Source: Octopus sinensis (taxonomy: Eukaryota). From it: a stretch of 64,000 nucleotides of DNA. A program made the position numbers and the translations under genes. Position 1 is the stretch's first letter; each line of letters starts with the position of its first letter. This document shows positions 12,973 to 26,944 of the stretch, piece by piece. The DNA is taken from the NCBI RefSeq assembly GCF_006345805.1, contig NC_042997.1, positions 37,944,001-38,008,000 of the forward strand. Direction: 5' to 3'. The notes beneath the pieces were generated by a model that did no database searches, was not told the origin of the DNA, and saw only the letters and a list, made by a program, of their open reading frames with translations.

Positions 12973-13025
<53 letters not shown>

Positions 13026-13035
13026 ATATATATAT

Positions 13036-13206
13036 GTAATAAAATATGTGACAATAATATGGTTGCCATAATAAAATTCCGAGTTTCTGATGTCGGGGCG
13101 GAAATCTGCTCCGAGATCTCGTCAGTTATTAAGACAAACAAAAAGATAATATTTTGTTTGTTTTAATAAATAACGAGATACCGGAGCAGATTTCCGCCCC
13201 AGCATC
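13036..13206 (-). mobile_element. Second Penelope-like terminal fragment with fold-back, abutting (TA)n
   Basis: ~55-bp imperfect inverted repeat 13089-13143/13152-13206; homologous to 37195-37400; hammerhead-like core. Confidence 0.55.
13069..13131 (-). ncRNA. Type I hammerhead-ribozyme-like motif
   Basis: TAATAA-CTGACGA-GATCTCGG..CCGACATC-a-GAAA-CTCGGA-ATT-TTATTA; 6-bp perfect stem I; one extra nt before GAAA. Confidence 0.55.
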
Positions 13207-14994
13207 CACATTCAGGTGATTAGGCTAGTTTAGTCCATCTGATTTGGGATCGAATAGAAGATCATGAAACGGAGAGTATCGCTTGAAAATCTCAAAGCTG
13301 ACTCGTAGCTTTGCTTCTCATCACGAGGTTAATGCATTGCTCTTTGCTACTATTCTTGAGCAAGTACTGTCTTAGAGATACTGTACGACATTCGAAAGCT
13401 GCCCACCGGGAACTGAAGACTACCTCATATATCTATTTCTAGATAATAAAGCTCAAGATATAATTGTTTCTGTGGATGTTACCACTTGATATCAGGATCC
13501 TGTGTGACTCAGTATCTATAGAGTGGGTATCCTCTACAGAGCATTCATAGATCGCAAACTAGTCTATTCGGTGACTATGTATTAGGAACGGAGTCAAAAG
13601 CTTTCTATAATCTAATCGTGTTGTTGCAAGGTTTACATAGCGTTCTCTTAGTTTGGTGAGGAGAACTTTGTTGTTTAGCACTCTTCCACACGACCTTTTT
13701 TCCACTTGCATACTCATCAGTCACTATATGGTCGGGTTTATGTAAAGTTTGTACTTGATGTTGTTGCAAGCAGTGAGACTATGGTTTCGAGCCAAATCGC
13801 TGATCCTGTCCTTGGCTACACGTTTCGCCCATGCTCTAGCAATCCATTTTGATTTGTCAATATGGATTTCCATAGTTCTTATGAATATATATGAATATAT
13901 ATATTCTTATGAATATATATATTAATAGTTTTCTGTAGAAAGGCAGTATTAATATCCATCTATTACGTATCTTTCAGTGCCTTACAATTATTTAGTTTGC
14001 CTACCGATGTGGTGAAAGACCCAGAGGCGATTATATGTTTTACTGTCGATGTTAGCACAGTATTCTCTCTTAAATTTATTTGGCGAAATCCTTTCTTCAT
14101 TCCAAATCTAAGAGCAGAATAATTGAAGATCTTCCAGACGAGGAGACTGTCTTAATAGTACATTTTTTTCTTCTTCTCTGGTATAATACCTATAGACAGG
14201 AAGCGAGTTTGTGATTTATACTGTGTCGCTGAAAAATCTCTCTACGATATCGTTTTTCGGTAACCGTTATGAGTTCGTACATTAAAGCAATCAGTTTTCC
14301 CTGGTTGCTGCTGTTTGATAATAATGTCCTCGCGTGGAGTGCAAGTTTCTCTTTGTTAGGCTATATAGCTATAGTAGTTGTACATAGGAAAGTGTTAATT
14401 GTCTAGTAACTAATATCACTTGATTCCCTGTCAGCTCCATGAACATCATTGATAATATTCAAGATTAAAGCGGGTGATGTGTTCTTTTATAACGGTAAAA
14501 ATCGCCTGTCGCTGGACGGCAGCTTACAAAATCTGATAACAAAAATATTTATGAACTGACTTCAAAATCTTTTAAGACCTGTGTATTCCTCAGTGGTCTT
14601 TATCGAATCGGTCAGATGTTGAGATAAACAAGAGTTTAGTTATGTTGGCAGTTGTATATATGTACTTACATATGAATATATAGAGTGATGTTATACGTAT
14701 ATATTTTACCATTGTGTAGTGAAGGAGAATTTGAAAGTCAATAAATCATCAGTTTTTTGAAGAGAAATTGATGCAAAATATTTATAATTCTTAAGATTCA
14801 CGGGGGAGGTTTTTTTTAATATACTAAATAAAGTTTGTAGAAAATGTGTGATATACACATTAAATCCTTGTTTCCAATATCAGCAATACACAACAAATGC
14901 AATAAAATATATAAATACTTGACAGAATATCAGGTCACAGAGTGTCAGCGGGGGCAGATATCAAAAGAGCGTTAAATGGTAACGGGTATAGATA

Positions 14995-15340
14995 TGTGTG
15001 TGTGTGTGTGTGCCTCTGTGTGTATATATGTTTACACAAACGCATGCACGCACGCACACACACGCATACATAGACACATATATACATACATACATGCATA
15101 CATACATGCATACATACATACATACATACACACACATACATACATACATACATAAATACATACATACATACATACATTCATACATACATACATACATACA
15201 TACATTCATACATACATACACACATACATTCATACATACATATATTCATACATACATTCATACATACATACATACATACATACATACATACATACATACA
15301 TACATACATACATACATACATACATACGTAGGTACATACA
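14995..15340. repeat. (GT)n/(CA)n/(CATA)n compound microsatellite
   Basis: Direct reading. Confidence 0.95.
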
Positions 15341-15411
15341 GGAGTAAGTACATACATGCAGAACTAGGTGGGGAAAATAGTACCCGAATAGGGAAGGTAG
15401 AGTAATATGCT
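15341..15411 (-). mobile_element. Diverged terminal fragment related to 12734-12806
   Basis: ggagtaa..cata.atg..aac.aggtgg.gaaa..agtac.c.aata...ggtagagtaatatgct shared with 12736-12806; abuts a microsatellite. Confidence 0.55.
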
Positions 15412-15568
15412 CAATTCTTCTATAAAACTGATCTTGCTTGATATTACTATCAAACTGCTCTTAATTCGGGTGAAACTTTACGGATGTCATTCGGTCTTTG
15501 GCACAGAGAACATACTATTCTGTATTTCCTTAACATCATCTATTTAACTTTTTCTTCACATAGCTTGA

Positions 15569-15611
<43 letters not shown>

Positions 15612-17774
15612 TCTCTCTATCTTGCTTTTGGAACGTTTCACTCAATGCGGTGTTATAATCATCCCGAGAAAGTGACTGCTTTGGGCTGTTTCCCAAAATA
15701 TTTGTTGGTTATATTATTCCCAATAGAGGATTTGCTCCCTCTCTCGTTTCACGTAACGTCCGTTCTGGAGTGTTCAATCCCTACAGTACTAAGGAAAGAT
15801 ACCGAATTTCTTGCGTTGGGTAAATTTTATCAGTATGAGGCTTTATCACAATTTTCTTAAATGATTCTGGGATAAGTTACCTTTCCACCACAGAAAAATA
15901 TAATTGGGCAACAAATATGCTTTTTAACAGACGAGAAATGATGATATTATCTTTCAGTCACCGAACTCTATTCGCTTTTAAATGTCGGCTCTAATTTCAT
16001 AAACGATAATCGATGAAGTTCTTGTGCTTCTGAGAACGCATTAGAAGCGCAACGATGCTAACATCGAACAACTTTACCAACAAAAAGGTGATAATTTAGC
16101 CACTGCAGCTATAAAATGCAAACATTAAAGCCTCTTAAAACACCTAATATCGATAGAACTTCAACATTCGCAAAATTGAATATGAATGCGCTCCTCAACA
16201 GACACTGATCAGCTACTAAAACAACCGAAGTGAACTGTAAGGGGATATACAAGTTTAGCAAAACACGATGCAGCTCAACGCTTTGAGATTTTATTAACTC
16301 GCACAGAAACAGAAGTACAATGTCTATTGAATTGGAAAAGGAAGCATGATATGCAAACGAAACGCATTGAAGCCTTGTTATGAAACACAAGTTTCGCGAG
16401 ACCATGGGTCAGCAACTACACAGTTAGGTTCCAAGTTACAGAGATTGCTATGTTATTTTTATAGCTGACCAGCTGTTGTCCATAAATGCAAGATTCGTTT
16501 ATCCAGGTCAATCAGTTTGGCAAAGAGAAACCCAAAGCCTCTTAGGCCTAGTAGTAACTTTATTGCAGGCGTTGCCTGAAGTGTATTTTACAGCAGTTCG
16601 TCTAAAAATTCTAACAATATGCTATCCTATATTGTACTTTATTGAATTCGAAGATGGTAAAGTAAATTTGATCAAGCATCTGCGGATGAAATAATTATTC
16701 GAGTGTTTGTTTTTATTGGAATAATTAGATGATGGTATGTTTCTAGGAGTAGGAATGAACCTTCATTTAGTTCATTTAAAGGAATTATATATGAATCAAA
16801 TTCAATGTTTATCTGAATCCAGTACGCAATAAATAAGTAAAAATGTTACAAGTCATTCTACCTGTTACTTCATAAATTTTGTTACATTGCCTACATAAGT
16901 CGACCATTCACAACGTTACTGTATAATAAAATAACTGTAAAAACAAATCAATAAAAATAATACTTTATACACAAAACAATGTGGATGATGTTTATAAATG
17001 CGAAAATGGAGTCTCATTGAAACTTGCGTTACAAGGGAAAATAATTCAGATTTTATGCCTTCTTTGAATGTTGTTTGTGTGTGTTGAACGCGCGGACGTG
17101 TCTCTACGTTTTGTTTCCTAGTGAATTATAAGAGCTTCCTACTGTCTTATCAACATAAAGGGACGTTAGGAATATACTTGATGGACGCTGTATATTTCAC
17201 TATAAATGCAAATTTTGTTTTTAAACTCTGATAATGAACTTAAGACGTTTTAAGGTGATAATACCATTTCTTCCAAACAAACTATGTTGATGCTATATAT
17301 AATAGGAGTTGTAAATGCACTGTGAATTTTGTTTTTAATTATATTTAAATATTTAACCGGTTTCATAGTTTATACTGATTTTCAAAAGTTGAGATGGAAA
17401 GACGTGGGTTATTCTATAACTGTCTTGCTACTGACGAATATTTGAAACTTGTCCTAATATAATAGGGATCTTATAATGGTATATGTTTTGTATAAGAATT
17501 GATCTTAAAAATTTTTGTGGGTTCCCTGCTACATCCGTGTGTTAATGTCAAGTGGCAACTTTTGTCTTCGTAAGTTAAGGTTGACACGGTTGGGTGAACA
17601 TGTCTAGTGACACTACCAAACAATCAATGCTCTGAATATTTTCTGCCAAGTGTTATAGAGAATGATCACGGGATTAAGTTTAGAAACTTTTATTCGTTTC
17701 TCGCTGCATCCGTACTTTAGTGTCATGTGACAGTATATTTTATGTCGGAAATTAAGACTCAAAATATGTGTATG

Positions 17775-17819
<45 letters not shown>

Positions 17820-17832
17820 TAACAAATCTCTC

Positions 17833-18599
17833 TTTTTTTTATGGGCGCATGTAAGTATTTCAATTATTTCTTTTCGTTTTTCTACTGAAGGGGAAACAAT
17901 CTGAGATTAATTCCGAAATTGATTCAATATAGAAATAACGAACATTTTTATTTAAAAAATTCTGTTGACTAGCTTCCCGATTTCAGTACAACGTATTTCT
18001 GTAGTGGGTATATAATATGTAGAAATTGATGATTTAATAGTCTGTTATCTGCATATTGGCATAGAGATAATTTTCATTTGCCCTTGTTTATAAGTTGTTA
18101 ATAATTTTAACCTTTAAAGCTATTTTACTTTGCTGCCACTTTTTGATGAAATTTTTTCTGTAAAAAAATTCATCCTATATTAGTAGTAGATTTATTAGTA
18201 TTCGCTATAGGGACTGGTAACCACCATAAGCTGTGGTGGGGAACAGTTCACACGTATACTGAGGCTAGCCAAAGGATTTTATATTTAGATATAACTGGGG
18301 TACTTACATGCACTCATGACTTTTGCTTCGGCTTTTTTTCCATGGGCACATGTAAGTATTTCATTTATTTCTTATCGTATTTTCTATTGAAGAGGAAAAA
18401 CTTATGAGATTAATTCCGAAATAGATTCAGTATAGAAATAACGAACTTTCTTTTTTTAAATTCTGTTGACTAGCTTCCCGATTTCAGTACAACATATTTC
18501 TGTAGTGGGTATATAATATGTGGAAATTGACGATTTAAAAGTCTGTTATCAGCATATTGACATAGAAATAATTTTCTTTTGCCCTTGTTTATAAGTTGT
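17833..18599. repeat. ~265-bp direct duplication (17833-18098 and 18333-18599)
   Basis: Collinear match from atgggc.catgtaagtatttc to gcccttgtttataagttgt. Confidence 0.9.
18211..18351 (+). CDS. Candidate 141-nt internal coding exon, product unrecognised
   Basis: TAG|GG acceptor, CAT|GTAAGT donor, length divisible by 3, one open frame (TGNHHKLWWGTVHTYTEASQRILYLDITGVLTCTHDFCFGFFSMGT). No recognised domain. Confidence 0.25.
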
Positions 18600-18615
18600 G
18601 TATATATATATTTAT

Positions 18616-18764
<149 letters not shown>

Positions 18765-20385
18765 ATTATGTATGTATGTATATAAGTGTACCTGAAATTA
18801 GGTATTCGTCATACAGTATTATGTTCATTGAGTTGAATTTGTAATTATCTATGTGTCCAGCAACCTACGGTCCAGTACAATGTGTATGTAGATCCCTAAT
18901 CAGATCAGCAGGAAGCACCATCATTGAAACCGAATGATGATCTGCTTAGGTGTGTATCCATATACGTTGGAAACATTCTCTAATGCAAGAGAGTTTCAGT
19001 GCGCATTTTTTCTCATTAAACTTTATTTCTTATCTATGGAAAATGAAAAATAAAGGTAATTAGGTTACTAGACGAAGTGTACATGTCTTACACAAGAACA
19101 CATCCTCTCAAATACTCATTCAAATATAATTAAGAGTATTTCATACATATGCGTAACATATTTCTGTTGCATTCATATTCTCCCTAGGTCTTCTCTAAAT
19201 TACGATTTCAGGTTATGTTAACTAAAGTTGCTCTAATTATTGAGGGAAAACGTGAATGATCTATACTATATTTAATTCCAAATTTCAGTTCCATTCATTT
19301 GTATAAGCAACACATGTCAAAGATAAGTAAAGCTACAGCATATTTCTTATGATTCAATATATATAAATTGACACAGCAGAATTACTCAAGATTGCCAGTC
19401 CTTTACAAAGATCAAAAATAGTAAAATGCCATCATGGATCCCTTGTTGTTGATATAACTGAAGCACGTTGGTGGAGCTTCAGTTTGGTAGAGATAATAAC
19501 TGTGATTTTCAATGTTAGAGATATATGAAATTTCCATAAACATAGCTATGATCCCTACTAATTAGCGAACTATGTAAAAATAATAAATAAGTATTTATAT
19601 AGCAATATTTATACAACTGAAGAAATCAAGAAACATGAAATGTTAGTGTATGCTCTGAAATCGAAATGTTTAGATAACCTGCAGTACATAATTTCTTTCA
19701 CCTGAATTTTAAATTGTTTCTCTTTCGATATTACGTGTAGTAATACCTCTGTTCCTGAGTACCACATGAAATAGCATTCACATTCAGGTCTACCTTTTTC
19801 GGAAAATGCCTGTGAGCTGGGAAGTCAAGAATGCTACTGTAGATTTCACAACTTTCCGCCAGTGTAATGCATCCATTTCAGCGTTACTCATTTTGATCCA
19901 CGCAAGTTATCCTAGAACATTCGTGTACACGATAGCAATTCTTCGTATCCAAAGATCATGAGGATGAATGATCGCCTATACAAGTAGTAGATACTGCAAC
20001 TATCAATACCATCTGGTACCTGTCGTTTTCGTCACTTCACCATCATTGAAAATTATTTTTCCATATTGAGTTTCTGTCGACGTAAATGGGTTCCTCTCTT
20101 TGGCACATACGCTTATCCACATAACAAAAATTGGCGTCAACAAAATGTTTTTTCTATAATGTTAATAAAACGTACATGCAAATAATTTTGAGTCGTGTTT
20201 CGGTTTCTGATGTCTCAAGGTTGCATGAACAATAACTTTATTGCATGTGCTGCACATATTGCATTTATTGCTTGATTTTTCATTGGTTTGGAATAAAGAG
20301 CGTTCGTTTATGGAAACGATCGTAATGTCGAATCGAATTTCTCTTTTCTATAATTAGATTATTATTATTATTGTTGTTGTTGTTG

Positions 20386-20922
20386 TTTCTATTTCTCATT
20401 ATCTCAGATTTTGTTGGAGTTCCTGGTGACTTACATGCGTAGCGAACTTGCTACCTGCAGCCTCCATACCATGCTATACGCTCTTTTACGCTTCTTGATT
20501 ATTCTGGCCGTATCAAGGAGACAAACTTTTGTAAAAGTTCTCTTGGGTATTCTATTCCAATTTCTTTTATATTCCTCTTGATGCCTTCTGATACACAAGG
20601 AACCAAAACTAATTGGCACTATCTTCACCTTCTTCATTTTCCATGGCTGGGCTATTTTGTACTTAAGAGTGTTGTATCTATTTATCATTCCGCCTTCTTT
20701 CTTGACTATTTTGTGGGTCAAATGGGCATGCATTATCAACTACATAGCATATGTGGTGTACTTTGTCCACCACCACTAGGTACGGTCTGTTAATCTCTAG
20801 CACCTGATCTGTTTGGAGTAGGAAAGCCAGATGCGGCTCAGCGGAGATACTTGCTTATTCCTATGGCTGACCTTCCAGCTGGTGGCCAAAAAGTGGTCTT
20901 GCGCTGCCAGTATAGTGTATTT
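20386..20922 (-). mobile_element. 5'-truncated degenerate R4/Dong-clade LINE (RLE C-terminus and 3' UTR)
   Basis: NRPYLVVDK..CYVVDNACPFD..KKEGGMINRYNTLKYKI..WKMKKVKIVPI..LLDTARIIKK; (TAA)n/(GAA)n at the 5' side and (CAA)n(TAA)n at the 3' side. Confidence 0.75.
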
Positions 20923-20924
20923 TC

Positions 20925-21002
<78 letters not shown>

Positions 21003-21129
21003 TATTATTATCCATTGTTCGCATAATAAAGTTCGTATTCCATGTTTTCCTATTTATTATTTCATGTTGTTTACGTTTTATGATGTCTTGTACCCATATA
21101 TGCATATGCATATACATACATACATACAT

Positions 21130-21175
<46 letters not shown>

Positions 21176-21865
21176 ATATATTAAATATACATATATATAT
21201 ATAAATATACATATATGTATGTGTATATGCATATACAGATATATACTTTATATATTATATATATATATGTATAAATATATATATTATATATATATATATA
21301 TAATGCGTACGCACATACATATACTGTATGTGTGTGTGTGAGCGAGTGTGAATATGCATGGAAGTATTGCATACATATACCCCGCAGTTATGCCAAATAA
21401 AAAAAAATGATAATTACTAGTATTATTGTTGTGCTATTTTATTACTCCCATGCAGCGTCACTTGTACTTTTATGGTGGGGAGAGTAGTCCTTTTTGTTGG
21501 TTTTTTGTTTTCTTTGTTTTTTATGCGGGATTTGGTAATTCTCAGCTGGGAAATGTAAACAATTACTGTTTACATTTTTTCACTTCGGCAAATGAGATAA
21601 TAAACACACATTTAATGCAAAGTATAAAAGGGAAACGAAAATTAATATTAAAATTCCGACAAAATTGTATACTTTATTTTTTATGTATGTAGATGCTTCT
21701 TTCCATCATCTGAAGACTCGTTTGTGTTTCCATTATCTGAATACTTGTATATTTCATTAATATATATAATGGACATGTAATGCTATTTTATGTGTATGCG
21801 CACACACACACACACACACACACTATTATATATATATATATATATACATTTATTTATATATATAC

Positions 21866-21938
<73 letters not shown>

Positions 21939-22098
21939 ATATTATACATATGTTTTCTCTCTCTAGTTCCAGCTCAGTGCTGCAGCCAGGCTGTTATACA
22001 TAAATATACATATTATACATGTATATCATACATTTTTATTATACATACACACATACATACACACACACATATATATATATATTATACATATATATTTT

Positions 22099-22148
<50 letters not shown>

Positions 22149-22719
22149 TATATATATGAGTAGCGTACGCAGTCAATAATTATGAATCGATTTTTCAAAT
22201 ATCATGACGTATATTTATTGTACATGTAACTATATAATCCACTTACATACATAAATGTTAGTGTCGTTTTAAAGATATTTATGTTACTTTAAATTTTCTT
22301 TCATATTTCATTTGTTTCCCTGAAGTTAATGAGAGAGGACGTTTGAAAAACTATTCTAAATATGATAGTAATGATGCTAAACAAAAATGATGTTGTGAGT
22401 ATTGCCTACACAAAAGGGAAATGTGGAAAATTGGAATGAAGGACAAATCGTTTATTTGTTATTTTTATCCCCATAGTACTTGGTAATTTATATATTAATG
22501 TCCATTAAACTTTATTTTTTTTTGGTATATACCTATTCTTTATCCGTGTGTGCGTTTTCTGAATTAATGCCATTTGTTTGCTATATACCCATAGTTAAAT
22601 ATGTGAGAGTGCATGATTGTGTTCATATGTATGTGACTTTGGGAGCTTTGGGTAAGACGAATATATAGACGAAGAGGTAAATTGATAGATATAGACACAT
22701 ATACAGACGCATCGAATGA

Positions 22720-23193
<474 letters not shown>

Positions 23194-25361
23194 CTGAAAC
23201 TACACCATGTTTACGTTACTTCAATATATTTCCGTTGAAAATAAGAAATTGAAAATCTTATGTTATCAAACAGTTCATATTCAATATTTACATTATAATG
23301 TATACATATATATAATTTTGTCAAACAGTTTCGTCACATAAAACAATGAAACTTTTTCCTTCTTTTGCTGCTTCGTTTGTTTGCCACACTTTTCAAACCA
23401 TTTGATATTTTAAGTGACGATGTGCTGCTACGATTCTAAAGCAAAACGTGAACATTATTCGTATGTTTGTGAAAGCGACATTAGCTATATTTCCATTCTT
23501 TTGATCATAAAACAATTAACTCTGAAAGTTTGCCTTTCCTTCTATTGAAATGTATAATATCCGTGATCAATGCCAGAACAAAGAGTGTGTAGATTTGCAT
23601 CTTCTTTTCGTAAGTACGCTTATTGATGTGAAATTAACTTTGTTACTTATATTGCTTTTATATTTTCAACATTATGCACAACTTTAAATGGAGCGGATCT
23701 TCAGACAATTAACATTAAATGGACCATATTTGGTATAATTTTCTCATTAAATTGCGTAAAAGAGCAATCTGCGACAAACAAACTGAAATCAGTTGTAAAA
23801 CATTTTGATCGATCGCTGAAACATTGTCTATAATTAACCTGATAGCGGTTGTTTTCTTACATTCGTGATAACGAAAACATTTGTTGCCAATGATATGATC
23901 AAGCTTTGTAAATATTTGTATATTTAGTTATCATTAAAAATAGGTATCAATACTTCCAGATGAAGTAGCGATCAAAAGCATAGTTAACGTTGTGTTACCA
24001 AAGTATAGATATGTTTACATTTATGGCGGAATGTCAACAGTACATCGAAAATTAATTACTTTTTATTTGCCAAACTAGTATGAAATGTCAAGCATACTAC
24101 ATAGCCTGAGAATAAAACTATAAATAATTGTGGTTTGCAATTCCCTATCGATAAAAGGAATCATTTGAGACTCAGGGAACGCGAATAGCATCGAAATAAA
24201 AAAGGCTAGTGTGTTTGGCCTTCATAGAAATATGTTAGTATCCGTACCACAGAATCTTACGTTAGTGAGTGTTTCTGTTTAAAGCGGGGTGTAAGCTAGT
24301 CTTCTTTGCCCCAGAGATACCGGCTGAAACTACCGGGAATTGAATCTGAATATTTATTTGCTCCGAACTCTTGACGTTCCTGTTGATTTCCCTATAAATA
24401 GTTTTCAGCATCTGCAGTTAATATCAAAGTAACCACATCGCAGTCTGCACCGCAGTATTTGACTGCTTCAGGTCGCGTGTTAACACTTTATTCAGTTTCT
24501 GAGTTTCTACATATATATATATATATATATATGTGCATGTACGAGTGTGTACATGTGATTTGCTTGTGTGCGACTGTGTGTACGAGTACATGTGTGAGTC
24601 TGTAAGTGTGTGAGTGTATGTACTTGTGTGACACAAACACAAACAGAGAGTAAGAAGAATTGAGTCTCTCTCTCTGGCTCTCTCTTACTCTCTCTCCCCT
24701 ATCTCTCTCTCTCTTTATTTCTCTCTCACTTTCTGTGCATATCTGTTTGTTTTTAATGATCAATTATTCCAACACTTCTAATAGTAATAGAGTTTATAGA
24801 TTAAAACGCTTTCTGTGTACAACACCTCCGAAAAATCATTATTTCATAATGTAAAATTTTTAAACCTGTATTTAACAGTTTAAAATGTAAACTTCACATA
24901 TCACTGCAGTTGGTTATTTATACATTGGCGTGGTATTTTTGAATGTATACCTTTACAGTAAACACATTATGTGTGGAAAGTAATTATATAAAAAGCTTTT
25001 AAAATCTCTTTTATCTTTTCTCTTTTACACACATTCACAGAATGGTAAAATTATTTTTGTGATATTTCGCTAGAATCCGATGGTTAAAAAGAAATAATGC
25101 TTTAGTTAAATAAAAGTTCGCATACAAAGACATTTTTTCAATATTATATTTTGTATGTATATAGTAACCCGTGGTACGTAAGCATGTATATATGTACTTG
25201 TGTATGTGCGTGTGTATGTGTGTGCGTGCGTGTGTATGTGTGTTTATAAATATAAATATATATATAGAGAGAAAGAGAGACATGTAGATGATAGGTAGAT
25301 AGATAGATAGGTAGATATATTGATAGACAGACAGACATATAGATAAATAGATAGATAGATA

Positions 25362-26184
25362 TGTTTGTTTATTAGCCACACAGGGCTGCACACAGACAGG
25401 ACAAATTACAAGGTAGAGCTTTTCTTTTGGCGGTAAAAAAAGGTGGTTTGGTTTTCGATCAAAAAGGATCGTAAAAGGAAAGAAAGAGGACAAAAAAGGG
25501 GGGAATAAATTTTTTAAAAAGTGGGGGAAGGGAAAGGAAAAAAATTGATCAATAGGGATTGTTATCACAGAAATGTCAATATGAAGTGTAAAGGGGAGGA
25601 CAGGTGAGGTTTACCCGTGGAAAGAGAAGGCTACGGAAAAGACCACGGTAACCTCGGTCAATGAAGTCACATGTTATAAATCTTTCTTTTTTTTTGCAAA
25701 TAAGCAACTCTCTGTATTAATTTTTACGGTTCATAGAATCATAGTCAAAGTGGCTTCGTCATTCATACGTGCCATCCTTGCTACATTCACCCATCTTTTT
25801 TTAAAACATTCACTAGACAAAACTTGCCTCTCTACTCTCACTTTCCTCTTCAAGTGATATTTGAAGAAGTTGATGAGAGATTGACCAGAGAGGAAAGTGT
25901 TTGTCTCTAATCCTTTCAGGCGCGTCCACCAGATACATTCTTTCGCCATAGCCACAAGTATGATAAAAATAGCTCTTTCTTCTCGTTTGAAGGAAGGAGG
26001 CGTGATGATATTAACGATAGACTCGGCTGATAAACCGATATGTCCCACACGTGACAGCAGTCGTTTGACATAAGCCCATAGGTCGGAAATTGTTGGACAC
26101 TGCAGGATTGCGTGCAGAGTGGTTTCGTCGCTCTGCCCGCATCTCGGGCAGGTCGGCCCCGTGTTTCTCGAGCCATGCCTATAG
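25362..26184 (-). mobile_element. 5'-truncated Tx1-clade LINE copy (ORF2 C-terminus and 3' UTR)
   Basis: YRHGSRNTGPTCPRCGQSDETTLHAILQC..ATLTMIL*, nearly identical to 26945-27390; 3' end AATAAACAAACA|TATCTATC; 5' junction inside (TATC)3. Confidence 0.92.
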
Positions 26185-26195
26185 ATAGATAGATA

Positions 26196-26442
26196 AATTT
26201 CTTTATTGGCCACACAGATGGGACAAGTTACAAGGTAGAGCTTTTCTTTTAGGGGATGAAAAAAAGGGGGTGGCGTAGGTTTTCGATCAAGAGGGATCGT
26301 AAAAGGGAAGAAAAGAACCAAAAATATAATAAAAAAGGAAAAAAAAATAAATAGAATAAAAAATAAAAAGAATAAAAGAAAAAAAGAAAGGGAAAAGGAA
26401 CAAAAGAAAAGAGAAATGAAAAAAGAAGAAAAAGTGGAAAAA

Positions 26443-26443
<1 letters not shown>
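26196..26443 (-). mobile_element. Very short Tx1-clade copy (3' UTR end only)
   Basis: Homologous to 26562-26720; 3' end AATAAAGAAATT|TATCTATC; 5' side abuts (TATC)n. Confidence 0.8.
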
Positions 26444-26499
<56 letters not shown>

Positions 26500-26561
26500 C
26501 AGATAGACAAACAGGCAGATAGATAGATAGATATATAGATAGATATATATATATATAGATA
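26444..26561. repeat. (GATA)n between Tx1 copies
   Basis: Direct reading. Confidence 0.95.
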
Positions 26562-26944
26562 TGTTTCTTTATTAGCCACACAGGGCTGCACACAGAACAA
26601 ATTACAAGGTAGAGCTTTTCTTTTGAAGGTTTAAAAAATAAAAAAAAATAAAAGGTAAAAAATAAAATAAAAATAAAATAAAAGAGGGGGGGTCGATCAA
26701 AAGGGATCGTAAAAGGAGAGAAAGAGGACAAAAAAAAGGGGGGAGAGGAAAAAATTGATCAATAGGGATCGTTATCACAGAAATGTCAATATGAAGTGTA
26801 AAGGGGAGGACAGGTGAGGTTTACCCGTGGAAAGAAAAGCCTACGGAAAAGACCACGGTAACCTCGGTCAATGAAGTCACATGTTATATTTCTTTTTATT
26901 TTTTTTTTTGCAAATAAGCAACTCTCTGTATTAATTTTTACGGT

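Larger units (their letters stand above)
12734..12980 (-). mobile_element. Penelope-like terminal (pLTR-like) fragment with inverted partial copy, embedded in (TA)n
   Basis: ~80-bp near-perfect inverted repeat 12807-12888/12898-12977 with a 9-nt loop; hammerhead-like core in each arm; AATAAA on the minus strand; (TA)n on both sides. PLE identity inferred from architecture. Confidence 0.6.
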
